This document shows positions 19,748 to 32,531 of a DNA stretch of 64,000 nt, piece by piece (within the stretch, counting starts at the first letter, position 1; each line of letters begins with the position of its first letter). The DNA comes from Carpediemonas membranifera BICM (lineage: Eukaryota; Protista; Fornicata). Made by a program: the position numbers and the translations under genes. The stretch covers positions 930,001 through 994,000 of the forward strand of contig JAHDYR010000012.1 of NCBI GenBank assembly GCA_019828565.1. Direction: 5' to 3'. The notes under the pieces were generated by a model. That model was not told where the DNA came from and searched no databases. It saw nothing but the letters and a program-made list of their open reading frames with translations.

Positions 19748-22700
19748 GCGAGTAAATAGGGAAACGCATTTTATGTAGTTGGTGAAAAGTGGTCGACATG
19801 ACAAGCTGGTCTGTAAGCAAGCTCAGTACTACTGTTTATACATCCTCTCTTGGTTTCAGCTCTCAGCGATGTCACAGTCGCTGGGTTCTATTGATTCAAT
19901 CACACGATCTCGGGATTGGTGAAGTGCCCCAACTAACCAACCATACTGGGGTGCTATATGACCTTCATACAGCACCCGGATATGCTCGGCTAGATGGGGC
20001 ACTTCATCAATCTTGAGATATAAAAAATGTGGTACCATATCTCGTCGATGACAACATTGCAGAACATTTCGCCAACAGTAGATGTGTATCATAGCCTATA
20101 AGGGCTAATGGTATGCTTCATCATTATCGATGCCGTCGAAGGTGCCCAAAGACGTTGTGAAAGGGGAGCTTTCTCAAATCCTCATCTGTGTGAAACTGAA
20201 CTCCTCAGGGGATGCAGATTGCAAAACCCTTTACCATTTTCCTCTAGCTGCTCTCGTTGGTGAGTTAGCCTTTTCTTACACCTTCACTTTCGCGATCTAG
20301 GTCAATATTGACCGTGAAATTCAGATTCAACTTTTTTGTGCAAGCTCAGAACTCGACAACGAGACTAGCTATCAGCAGTCTAACTTCAGGGGGTGTTATA
20401 GATCCTTGTTACAGGCATATCTTCCGCTTTTCAGCTCCCAGCTGTCGCAATTGCACTGATCGCGTTTCGTGAAAATCCCGTGAAATGTGAAAATGTGAAA
20501 TTTCACAGTTCGTAATCGCTATTGTGATGATCATGCCGCTGGTGGTTTGCACTGGGTACTTTATTAGACACTATACACATCCCCTGAACACCTCAGAATG
20601 TAGTTCTGCAGCACACAAACTTCAAACTCATTTGTGCCACTTTTTTTTTCTTGGTGGCACAAAATGGTCTCGGGAGAAAAACATCAAAAAGAATAACTTT
20701 GTACCTCTCGCACCTGTATCATGGCAGGAGGTCAGAGACACCATCGTAAATTTTTATTCGCATTAAATATAATTTTAGGTCGATTGGTGTTCGGTCATGG
20801 ACAGGTCCGGTATCCCATTATCCCACAGCCGAGAGACGCGGGTAACTGCCCAAGCTCGTGAATGACCATTTTCGCCACTCTCCACCCGGCCTGGGCGCTA
20901 CATCATCCTCTGAATGATGACGAGAAGGGCTCTAAAGCCTATAGGGGCTCCAGCACGCACCCTCTGCACTTACTATCTCAATATTGCCGAGGCACCCAGC
21001 ATGGACCATAGAGTTATGACCTCAAAACTTCCTATCTGTGGACTCTATGAGACTTGTGTCTTCTCCGGTGACCTTGCGTGTGATTTAGCGGGGGTGTGAG
21101 TGTTCCCCACAAGTGCTGGTCTGCCTCTTCTGCGTCCGCATTTATCACGGTCATTGCACTGCACATCCCTAAGTCCCTATATCGCTAATTGGGGTGAGCA
21201 GGGGAGGCAGTGAGTCTCATACACCAGCGAATATTATGACATTCTGAGAAGTTCCCTTTGTTTCACCTGGCTGGGGTCAGTTCTTAGCGCTTTGACAGGC
21301 AGCCTGGAATTCGCTGTTCCCAATTCTTGTTCCTGCTCTTACCCCGAGACCCCTTGTTGCTGTCACATGCACAGATGGGCCAGGATTTATCATTTCTCCA
21401 TGTGCACTTTAATGATTGCAACGAGTGAAACGAACAACAAGTGCTACTGACTATCGAATAACGCTATTCCAACGGCACAGAACGGGTTTATAGCATGCAT
21501 ATGATCCATTCTGGTGCCTTTATCCTCTATAACCAACATCAGTCCATCAAAATGAATCTTGCAACAGAATACTCATCCACACGCATCGAGAACGAAAAAG
21601 AAGCATATAACCAACATCAACAACCTAATAGAAGGCTGCATGCAAGCGTAGAGCTCTCCTAGTCGATTCTTCATTTTCACAAACATCGATCTCCCCGCCA
21701 GGATGAAACCGTGCGCCCAAAAGCTCAGAGATGCCGTTATAGATGATATAACGACGTCTCTGAGCTTTTCAGCGATGTCAGTTTCTGGCCACCTCCAAGT
21801 TCGGCTCTGCGAAAATAACAGTGCATTGCACTATAAGTCATACATTTGGAATACAGCAATGCACTGTTATTTTCGCCAAAACCACTCTGACCTACCATTG
21901 TCCATGGGCTTGACGGGGGTGATCTTCTCGGCTTGGATTTGGCTGAAACTTGGTATATGTGTAGTATTTGATATGTTAGGACGGATCCAAGATTTTTACA
22001 TATCGTTCGAGTCTATTTACCGAGATATACGTAAAAGCAAATTTAGGGTTCAGACTACTTCTACCTGAAAAGCGATATGGCGGGTCCTTAGACTGTGCTG
22101 ACCCGGGCCCAGCAATTTTACGATAATAAATTGGCGTATTTATGTTGATATACGTAAACAAAAAAAATACATGGGGCGCACTTCAAGGTAAACACAGTAC
22201 AAGTTCAATCACACTACATCAAATGGTTTAGGAGATGGTTTGGGAGACATTTAGTCTCATGAGTCGTGGTGCATCCCTCCCATCTTCCTGTCTCGACATA
22301 ATATCAATCCGAGGACTAATGTTGGAGTCACGTCAACAATACTCTCATGTTCAATAAGACGTTCTTGGCTATTTAATGCTTCTCTGCGTCGACTATGCGT
22401 ATTCAATCGCGAGATTTGGCTTCCCGTTTAACATTATGGCGCGACTGGAAAGATTAGAATGATCTGACACACTCGAATAGCTTTCAAAGAGTCAGAGAGG
22501 ACAATTAGTTGTGATTCTAGCCATCGCTGAGCCATATTCAGTCACCTATACATTCTGTTCAGAGCGGAAAAGAAAATTGTGAGACTTGAAGTCGCATTGA
22601 ACAACTCCGTGGTCATGTATAAAGAATTTAGCCTGCATTAGATGACTAATATAACTGAGTTGGACACCAGGGTCGACCTAACAGACGTTGGAGACGACAG

Positions 22701-24945
22701 TGCGGTCGACAGGAGGAGTATCCAGGCTGAGACACGGTCGACAACGACTACATCGGTGACAGGGAGGACATATGGATAGTATTTGAGCATGTGAGTAAGC
22801 GTGAAGTTCTGATCAGAATGATGCGAGGGTGGGTCATAAACATTGATGAGATACAACCACATTCGAGGCCCAAAGTCGCTCAAGCTTTGCTTACTGTTAC
22901 CTGCAGAGTAGCCCTGTATTGTTCCGTGCCTTTCAATCAAGCTCAAACACCATGCGCAGGTAGCTGGCAAATTTTCAGTCTTAAAGTGCATTATTTGCCA
23001 CCTGCGCGTCGCTACGAGGGAAGCAGCAGCGGAAATAAAGACAGGAATACCTTATGGATAGCATTTATCGACAACATCAGTGATTCTCTTGGCGAACAGT
23101 GGTCTCAGTGCAGAGAAGCATTTCGTGAAAATGTGTGAAAAATGCAGAAGCTCACAGATGCATGGAAAGCATGTATAGTGATGTCCTGTACATCCAGGGG
23201 TGTTCAGTGCCATCTCTTTCGTTTTCTTGCGCCTTGTGAAAATGGTGAAAAGATTTCACTGAATCTAATGTTTTCACCATTTTTTTTCGTGAAAACGGAC
23301 TTCCTCATGATTTCCTCAGGCATCGAAACCCCGTTTTTAACAGTATGTACGATGTCCCAGTGCTGCTCGCACGCTGCGGTGAGCATGGGCGTCAGACCCC
23401 GTGGAGTGAGGGCGTCGAGGTCGGCGTTCCAGCCGATGAGCAGACTGACCATGCGGATGTTGCCCTCCTCGCATGCTACATGGATCGGCCGTTGCCCAGT
23501 TGTCCTGGAGGCGTTGGGATCCGCTCCGGCCTCGAGGAGCATGCGGGCAACGTCCACTGCGCCCTCCAGAACCGCCCGGAGGAGAGCGGTGTCACCGAAC
23601 GCGTCTACAGACGTAACACTCGCCCCATGTGCTAGGAGGAGCTGCAGAGCATCCGTCCTATTGCCGCATGCAGCGCGTATGACCGGCGAGTACCCGGTCG
23701 GGCTGGCCAGGTCGGGGTCTGCCCCCGCGTCCAGCAGACGGCCGAGCACGGCGATGTGGTTCGTTGCTACGGCCTCGAGCAGGGCACTTGCGATCGTGGT
23801 CGAGCCTGCGGAAGTGACAAATATGGCATGCAGACGCGGCTGCGATCAATGGTGGGGTGTCAGGCAGAACTCGGGGCTTCGTGGGTGGGGCCATGGGGTT
23901 GGCGTACCCGGTAGATGGCTCCTCCTCGTCGTCTTCATCGTCGTCGTCGGCATCGCTCTGTGGTTCGTTGAAGTCGATGGTCTGGTCTATCGCGATGACT
24001 TATATCGGTGATGGAGCTGGTCTCTGGTGGGTTGAGCGGCTATGCTTGGCCTTGATCAGTATTCACGTCCAGGTCGGCGTGACTCCTATCCTTCCCTTTT
24101 GTTCGTAGATGATAAGTTGCCTTGAAGTGGGTGAGCGTAGGCCCAACGCCGGTCAAAACGACAGAGTACCGTGGATGGCTGGAAGCTTTCTTTCTGCTCG
24201 AAGTTACTGCCTTGAAGCGGCTGATCTTGGAGGCCATAAGAAGTCAGGCGGAGACTCGAGTTAACGAACAACATGAGGGGCAACCCCCACTCTCTCCTTG
24301 AAGGGACCCTGAACCTACTGGTTATTCCCTTCTGATGCGTGGTAACAGGCCACATGTCGCCGCAACATGTAGTTTCGGTGATGATGCCCTCGACATGATG
24401 TCGTGGTGTGCAGAGTTTTCTCTTCTGGAGTTCTCTGATATGATGAGAACAGCTGTGTGCCAGCGGTCTCAGAGCAACGCACCTTCTTTCCGGTCCTCGG
24501 CCGCGACCTTCCGGTCCGTGGGGGCAGGGTGTGCGGTCTTCTGCTCTTAAGTCGAGTCAGCCTCGAGCCGTTTCAGTTGTTCCTCGCCTGCCGTTTGCGC
24601 TGTTGTGCTTGGTACGGTCGGTATCTCTGCCATCTTTTCTGCACTTCCCTGTTCTCCTTCTTCCGTTGTCCTGTCCTCGCCTTTGGCTCCGGGCCGTGGG
24701 GGCAGTGTGGCAAGAGGTTCTCTAGTCAGTGCAGTTTATGGTAAATAGAATCTCATCTTTGTCTCCTCCGTGCTGCCACACGCCGCAACGGCACACTGCA
24801 GCTCCTAGCTCAAGTCCCACAAGCTCAAGCTTAAGGGGGGTAGGATGTCATAAGGCGTCCACGTCCGCAGTTTATGTAAATGTTCCAATCTCTTCGCCCT
24901 GGCACAACAATCGCTGAATGGCGATTTAATAGATATGATGATAAG

Positions 24946-25680
24946 CTAGAAATACTCCGCACGGAACTTACTGTGGTGGTGTCTACGCCTTGAGTGGTGC
25001 TTGAGCGTCCTCTCTGGTCCGATGGACTCGAAGGACGACTGCGGCGAGAGGGAGAGGGTCTCGCTCATATCGGTGCTCGTGGACAGCGCTGCGGGGACAA
25101 TCATGGCGATTGGCTTCCCGGCCGAGGCGTCCTTGAGGGCCCTGACGGTCGACGCTGCGCTGCACTGCTCCGCGATCGAGCTTACGGTGAGACCCGAGGG
25201 CTCGGCTGTGCGCCAGTCAGCCCCCGCACCAATGAGCGTGGCTACGATGTCCCAGTGCTGCTCGCACGCTGCGGTGAGCATGGGCGTCAGACCCCGTGGA
25301 GTGAGGGCGTCGAGGTCGGCGTTCCAGCCGATGAGCAGACTGACCATGCGGATGTTGCCCTCCTCGCATGCTACATGGATCGGCCGTTGCCCAGTTGTCC
25401 TGGAGGCGTTGGGATCCGCTCCGGCCTCGAGGAGCATGCGGGCAACGTCCACTGCGCCCTCCAGAACCGCCCGGAGGAGAGCGGTGTCACCGAACGCGTC
25501 TACAGACGTAACACTCGCCCCATGTGCTAGGAGGAGCTGCAGAGCATCCGTCCTATTGCCGCATGCAGCGCGTATGACCGGCGAGTACCCGGTCGGGCTG
25601 GCCAGGTCGGGGTCTGCCCCCGCGTCCAGCAGACGGCCGAGCACGGCGATGTGGTTCGTTGCTACGGCCTCGAGCAGGGC
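24946..25680 (-). pseudogene. 5'-truncated ankyrin gene copy
   Basis: Matches the 3' part of 32532-34124. There is no in-frame ATG upstream of the junction before a TGA. Confidence 0.8.
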
Positions 25681-26840
25681 ACTTGCGATCGTGGTCGAGC
25701 CTGCGGAAGTGACAAATATGGCATGCAGACGCGGCTGCGATCAATGGTGGGGTGTCAGGCAGAACTCGGGGCTTCGTGGGTGGGGCCATGGGGTTGGCGT
25801 ACCCGGTAGATGGCTCCTCCTCGTCGTCTTCATCGTCGTCGTCGGCATCGCTCTGTGGTTCGTTGAAGTCGATGGTCTGGTCTATCGCGATGACTTATAT
25901 CGGTGATGGAGCTGGTCTCTGGTGGGTTGAGCGGCTATGCTTGGCCTTGATCAGTATTCACGTCCAGGTCGGCGTGACTCCTATCCTTCCCTTTTGTTCG
26001 TAGATGATAAGTTGCCTTGAAGTGGGTGAGCGTAGGCCCAACGCCGGTCAAAACGACAGAGTACCGTGGATGGCTGGAAGCTTTCTTTCTGCTCGAAGTT
26101 ACTGCCTTGAAGCGGCTGATCTTGGAGGCCATAAGAAGTCAGGCGGAGACTCGAGTTAACGAACAACATGAGGGGCAACCCCCACTCTCTCCTTGAAGGG
26201 ACCCTGAACCTACTGGTTATTCCCTTCTGATGCGTGGTAACAGGCCACATGTCGCCGCAACATGTAGTTTCGGTGATGATGCCCTCGACATGATGTCGTG
26301 GTGTGCAGAGTTTTCTCTTCTGGAGTTCTCTGATATGATGAGAACAGCTGTGTGCCAGCGGTCTCAGAGCAACGCACCTTCTTTCCGGTCCTCGGCCGCG
26401 ACCTTCCGGTCCGTGGGGGCAGGGTGTGCGGTCTTCTGCTCTTAAGTCGAGTCAGCCTCGAGCCGTTTCAGTTGTTCCTCGCCTGCCGTTTGCGCTGTTG
26501 TGCTTGGTACGGTCGGTATCTCTGCCATCTTTTCTGCACTTCCCTGTTCTCCTTCTTCCGTTGTCCTGTCCTCGCCTTTGGCTCCCGGGCCGTGGGGGCA
26601 GTGTGGCAAGAGGTTCTCTAGTCAGTGCAGTTTATGGTAAATAGAATCTCATCTTTGTCTCCTCCGTGCTGCCACACGCCGCAACGGCACACTGCAGCTC
26701 CTAGCTCAAGTCCCACAAGCTCAAGCTTAAGGGGGTAGGATGTCATAAGGCGTCCACGTCCGCAGTTTATGTAAATGTTCCAATCTCTTCGCCCTGGCAC
26801 AACAATCGCTGAATGGCGATTTAATAGATATGATGATAAG

Positions 26841-27575
26841 CTAGAAATACTCCGCACGGAACTTACTGTGGTGGTGTCTACGCCTTGAGTGGTGCTTGAG
26901 CGTCCTCTCTGGTCCGATGGACTCGAAGGACGACTGCGGCGAGAGGGAGAGGGTCTCGCTCATATCGGTGCTCGTGGACAGCGCTGCGGGGACAATCATG
27001 GCGATTGGCTTCCCGGCCGAGGCGTCCTTGAGGGCCCTGACGGTCGACGCTGCGCTGCACTGCTCCGCGATCGAGCTTACGGTGAGACCCGAGGGCTCGG
27101 CTGTGCGCCAGTCAGCCCCCGCACCAATGAGCGTGGCTACGATGTCCCAGTGCTGCTCGCACGCTGCGGTGAGCATGGGCGTCAGACCCCGTGGAGTGAG
27201 GGCGTCGAGGTCGGCGTTCCAGCCGATGAGCAGACTGACCATGCGGATGTTGCCCTCCTCGCATGCTACATGGATCGGCCGTTGCCCAGTTGTCCTGGAG
27301 GCGTTGGGATCCGCTCCGGCCTCGAGGAGCATGCGGGCAACGTCCACTGCGCCCTCCAGAACCGCCCGGAGGAGAGCGGTGTCACCGAACGCGTCTACAG
27401 ACGTAACACTCGCCCCATGTGCTAGGAGGAGCTGCAGAGCATCCGTCCTATTGCCGCATGCAGCGCGTATGACCGGCGAGTACCCGGTCGGGCTGGCCAG
27501 GTCGGGGTCTGCCCCCGCGTCCAGCAGACGGCCGAGCACGGCGATGTGGTTCGTTGCTACGGCCTCGAGCAGGGC
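26841..27575 (-). pseudogene. 5'-truncated ankyrin gene copy
   Basis: Same truncation junction and sequence as the 24946-25680 copy. Confidence 0.8.
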
Positions 27576-28738
27576 ACTTGCGATCGTGGTCGAGCCTGCG
27601 GAAGTGACAAATATGGCATGCAGACGCGGCTGCGATCAATGGTGGGGTGTCAGGCAGAACTCGGGGCTTCGTGGGTGGGGCCATGGGGTTGGCGTACCCG
27701 GTAGATGGCTCCTCCTCGTCGTCTTCATCGTCGTCGTCGGCATCGCTCTGTGGTTCGTTGAAGTCGATGGTCTGGTCTATCGCGATGACTTATATCGGTG
27801 ATGGAGCTGGTCTCTGGTGGGTTGAGCGGCTATGCTTGGCCTTGATCAGTATTCACGTCCAGGTCGGCGTGACTCCTATCCTTCCCTTTTTGTTCGTAGA
27901 TGATAAGTTGCCTTGAAGTGGGTGAGCGTAGGCCCAACGCCGGTCAAAACGACAGAGTACCGTGGATGGCTGGAAGCTTTCTTTCTGCTCGAAGTTACTG
28001 CCTTGAAGCGGCTGATCTTGGAGGCCATAAGAAGTCAGGCGGAGACTCGAGTTAACGAACAACATGAGGGGCAACCCCCACTCTCTCCTTGAAGGGACCC
28101 TGAACCTACTGGTTATTCCCTTCTGATGCGTGGTAACAGGCCACATGTCGCCGCAACATGTAGTTTCGGTGATGATGCCCTCGACATGATGTCGTGGTGT
28201 GCAGAGTTTTCTCTTCTGGAGTTCTCTGATATGATGAGAACAGCTGTGTGCCAGCGGTCTCAGAGCAACGCACCTTCTTTCCGGTCCTCGGCCGCGACCT
28301 TCCGGTCCGTGGGGGGCAGGGTGTGCGGTCTTCTGCTCTTAAGTCGAGTCAGCCTCGAGCCGTTTCAGTTGTTCCTCGCCTGCCGTTTGCGCTGTTGTGC
28401 TTGGTACGGTCGGTATCTCTGCCATCTTTTTCTGCACTTCCCTGTTCTCCTTCTTCCGTTGTCCTGTCCTCGCCTTTGGCTCCGGGCCGTGGGGGGCAGT
28501 GTGGCAAGAGGTTCTCTAGTCAGTGCAGTTTATGGTAAATAGAATCTCATCTTTGTCTCCTCCGTGCTGCCACACGCCGCAACGGCACACTGCAGCTCCT
28601 AGCTCAAGTCCCACAAGCTCAAGCTTAAGGGGGTAGGATGTCATAAGGCGTCCACGTCCGCAGTTTATGTAAATGTTCCAATCTCTTCGCCCTGGCACAA
28701 CAATCGCTGAATGGCGATTTAATAGATATGATGATAAG

Positions 28739-29473
28739 CTAGAAATACTCCGCACGGAACTTACTGTGGTGGTGTCTACGCCTTGAGTGGTGCTTGAGCG
28801 TCCTCTCTGGTCCGATGGACTCGAAGGACGACTGCGGCGAGAGGGAGAGGGTCTCGCTCATATCGGTGCTCGTGGACAGCGCTGCGGGGACAATCATGGC
28901 GATTGGCTTCCCGGCCGAGGCGTCCTTGAGGGCCCTGACGGTCGACGCTGCGCTGCACTGCTCCGCGATCGAGCTTACGGTGAGACCCGAGGGCTCGGCT
29001 GTGCGCCAGTCAGCCCCCGCACCAATGAGCGTGGCTACGATGTCCCAGTGCTGCTCGCACGCTGCGGTGAGCATGGGCGTCAGACCCCGTGGAGTGAGGG
29101 CGTCGAGGTCGGCGTTCCAGCCGATGAGCAGACTGACCATGCGGATGTTGCCCTCCTCGCATGCTACATGGATCGGCCGTTGCCCAGTTGTCCTGGAGGC
29201 GTTGGGATCCGCTCCGGCCTCGAGGAGCATGCGGGCAACGTCCACTGCGCCCTCCAGAACCGCCCGGAGGAGAGCGGTGTCACCGAACGCGTCTACAGAC
29301 GTAACACTCGCCCCATGTGCTAGGAGGAGCTGCAGAGCATCCGTCCTATTGCCGCATGCAGCGCGTATGACCGGCGAGTACCCGGTCGGGCTGGCCAGGT
29401 CGGGGTCTGCCCCCGCGTCCAGCAGACGGCCGAGCACGGCGATGTGGTTCGTTGCTACGGCCTCGAGCAGGGC
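28739..29473 (-). pseudogene. 5'-truncated ankyrin gene copy
   Basis: Same truncation junction and sequence as the 24946-25680 copy. Confidence 0.8.
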
Positions 29474-30635
29474 ACTTGCGATCGTGGTCGAGCCTGCGGA
29501 AGTGACAAATATGGCATGCAGACGCGGCTGCGATCAATGGTGGGGTGTCAGGCAGAACTCGGGGCTTCGTGGGTGGGGCCATGGGGTTGGCGTACCCGGT
29601 AGATGGCTCCTCCTCGTCGTCTTCATCGTCGTCGTCGGCATCGCTCTGTGGTTCGTTGAAGTCGATGGTCTGGTCTATCGCGATGACTTATATCGGTGAT
29701 GGAGCTGGTCTCTGGTGGGTTGAGCGGCTATGCTTGGCCTTGATCAGTATTCACGTCCAGGTCGGCGTGACTCCTATCCTTCCCTTTTGTTCGTAGATGA
29801 TAAGTTGCCTTGAAGTGGGTGAGCGTAGGCCCAACGCCGGTCAAAAACGACAGAGTACCGTGGATGGCTGGAAGCTTTCTTTCTGCTCGAAGTTACTGCC
29901 TTGAAGCGGCTGATCTTGGAGGCCATAAGAAGTCAGGCGGAGACTCGAGTTAACGAACAACATGAGGGGCAACCCCCACTCTCTCCTTGAAGGGACCCTG
30001 AACCTACTGGTTATTCCCTTCTGATGCGTGGTAACAGGCCACATGTCGCCGCAACATGTAGTTTCGGTGATGATGCCCTCGACATGATGTCGTGGTGTGC
30101 AGAGTTTTCTCTTCTGGAGTTCTCTGATATGATGAGAACAGCTGTGTGCCAGCGGTCTCAGAGCAACGCACCTTCTTTCCGGTCCTCGGCCGCGACCTTC
30201 CGGTCCGTGGGGGGCAGGGTGTGCGGTCTTCTGCTCTTAAGTCGAGTCAGCCTCGAGCCGTTTCAGTTGTTCCTCGCCTGCCGTTTGCGCTGTTGTGCTT
30301 GGTACGGTCGGTATCTCTGCCATCTTTTCTGCACTTCCCTGTTCTCCTTCTTCCGTTGTCCTGTCCTCGCCTTTGGCTCCCGGGCCGTGGGGGCAGTGTG
30401 GCAAGAGGTTCTCTAGTCAGTGCAGTTTATGGTAAATAGAATCTCATCTTTGTCTCCTCCGTGCTGCCACACGCCGCAACGGCACACTGCAGCTCCTAGC
30501 TCAAGTCCCACAAGCTCAAGCTTAAGGGGGTAGGATGTCATAAGGCGTCCACGTCCGCAGTTTATGTAAATGTTCCAATCTCTTCGCCCTGGCACAACAA
30601 TCGCTGAATGGCGATTTAATAGATATGATGATAAG

Positions 30636-31370
30636 CTAGAAATACTCCGCACGGAACTTACTGTGGTGGTGTCTACGCCTTGAGTGGTGCTTGAGCGTCC
30701 TCTCTGGTCCGATGGACTCGAAGGACGACTGCGGCGAGAGGGAGAGGGTCTCGCTCATATCGGTGCTCGTGGACAGCGCTGCGGGGACAATCATGGCGAT
30801 TGGCTTCCCGGCCGAGGCGTCCTTGAGGGCCCTGACGGTCGACGCTGCGCTGCACTGCTCCGCGATCGAGCTTACGGTGAGACCCGAGGGCTCGGCTGTG
30901 CGCCAGTCAGCCCCCGCACCAATGAGCGTGGCTACGATGTCCCAGTGCTGCTCGCACGCTGCGGTGAGCATGGGCGTCAGACCCCGTGGAGTGAGGGCGT
31001 CGAGGTCGGCGTTCCAGCCGATGAGCAGACTGACCATGCGGATGTTGCCCTCCTCGCATGCTACATGGATCGGCCGTTGCCCAGTTGTCCTGGAGGCGTT
31101 GGGATCCGCTCCGGCCTCGAGGAGCATGCGGGCAACGTCCACTGCGCCCTCCAGAACCGCCCGGAGGAGAGCGGTGTCACCGAACGCGTCTACAGACGTA
31201 ACACTCGCCCCATGTGCTAGGAGGAGCTGCAGAGCATCCGTCCTATTGCCGCATGCAGCGCGTATGACCGGCGAGTACCCGGTCGGGCTGGCCAGGTCGG
31301 GGTCTGCCCCCGCGTCCAGCAGACGGCCGAGCACGGCGATGTGGTTCGTTGCTACGGCCTCGAGCAGGGC
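30636..31370 (-). pseudogene. 5'-truncated ankyrin gene copy
   Basis: Same truncation junction and sequence as the 24946-25680 copy. Confidence 0.8.
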
Positions 31371-32531
31371 ACTTGCGATCGTGGTCGAGCCTGCGGAAGT
31401 GACAAATATGGCATGCAGACGCGGCTGCGATCAATGGTGGGGTGTCAGGCAGAACTCGGGGCTTCGTGGGTGGGGCCATGGGGTTGGCGTACCCGGTAGA
31501 TGGCTCCTCCTCGTCGTCTTCATCGTCGTCGTCGGCATCGCTCTGTGGTTCGTTGAAGTCGATGGTCTGGTCTATCGCGATGACTTATATCGGTGATGGA
31601 GCTGGTCTCTGGTGGGTTGAGCGGCTATGCTTGGCCTTGATCAGTATTCACGTCCAGGTCGGCGTGACTCCTATCCTTCCCTTTTGTTCGTAGATGATAA
31701 GTTGCCTTGAAGTGGGTGAGCGTAGGCCCAACGCCGGTCAAAACGACAGAGTACCGTGGATGGCTGGAAGCTTTCTTTCTGCTCGAAGTTACTGCCTTGA
31801 AGCGGCTGATCTTGGAGGCCATAAGAAGTCAGGCGGAGACTCGAGTTAACGAACAACATGAGGGGCAACCCCCACTCTCTCCCTTGAAGGGACCCTGAAC
31901 CTACTGGTTATTCCCTTCTGATGCGTGGTAACAGGCCACATGTCGCCGCAACATGTAGTTTCGGTGATGATGCCCTCGACATGATGTCGTGGTGTGCAGA
32001 GTTTTCTCTTCTGGAGTTCTCTGATATGATGAGAACAGCTGTGTGCCAGCGGTCTCAGAGCAACGCACCTTCTTTCCGGTCCTCGGCCGCGACCTTCCGG
32101 TCCGTGGGGGCAGGGTGTGCGGTCTTCTGCTCTTAAGTCGAGTCAGCCTCGAGCCGTTTCAGTTGTTCCTCGCCTGCCGTTTGCGCTGTTGTGCTTGGTA
32201 CGGTCGGTATCTCTGCCATCTTTTCTGCACTTCCCTGTTCTCCTTCTTCCGTTGTCCTGTCCTCGCCTTTGGCTCCGGGCCGTGGGGGCAGTGTGGCAAG
32301 AGGTTCTCTAGTCAGTGCAGTTTATGGTAAATAGAATCTCATCTTTGTCTCCTCCGTGCTGCCACACGCCGCAACGGCACACTGCAGCTCCTAGCTCAAG
32401 TCCCACAAGCTCAAGCTTAAGGGGGGTAGGATGTCATAAGGCGTCCACGTCCGCAGTTTATGTAAATGTTCCAATCTCTTCGCCCCGGCACAACAATCGC
32501 TGAATGGCGATTTAATAGATATGATGATAAG

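Larger units (their letters stand above)
14964..23347. mobile_element. Non-autonomous TIR DNA transposon, copy 2 (inverted relative to copy 1; contains gypsy B)
   Basis: TIRs at 14964-15012 and 23299-23347. TA duplication (14962-63 and 23348-49) of the ankyrin site GGCTACGATG. Length is 3765 bp after removing the LTR element and one TSD. Confidence 0.95.

Noticed and set aside
990-23347. The two TIR-element copies as giant terminal repeats of one Polinton/virus-like element
   Set aside because: Each copy has its own TIRs, copy 2 has its own TA duplication in the ankyrin gene, and no polymerase or capsid genes lie between them.
23204-23749. Ankyrin-TIR fusion ORF
   Set aside because: It is a chance read-through from a truncated ankyrin copy into the inserted element, with no ATG start.
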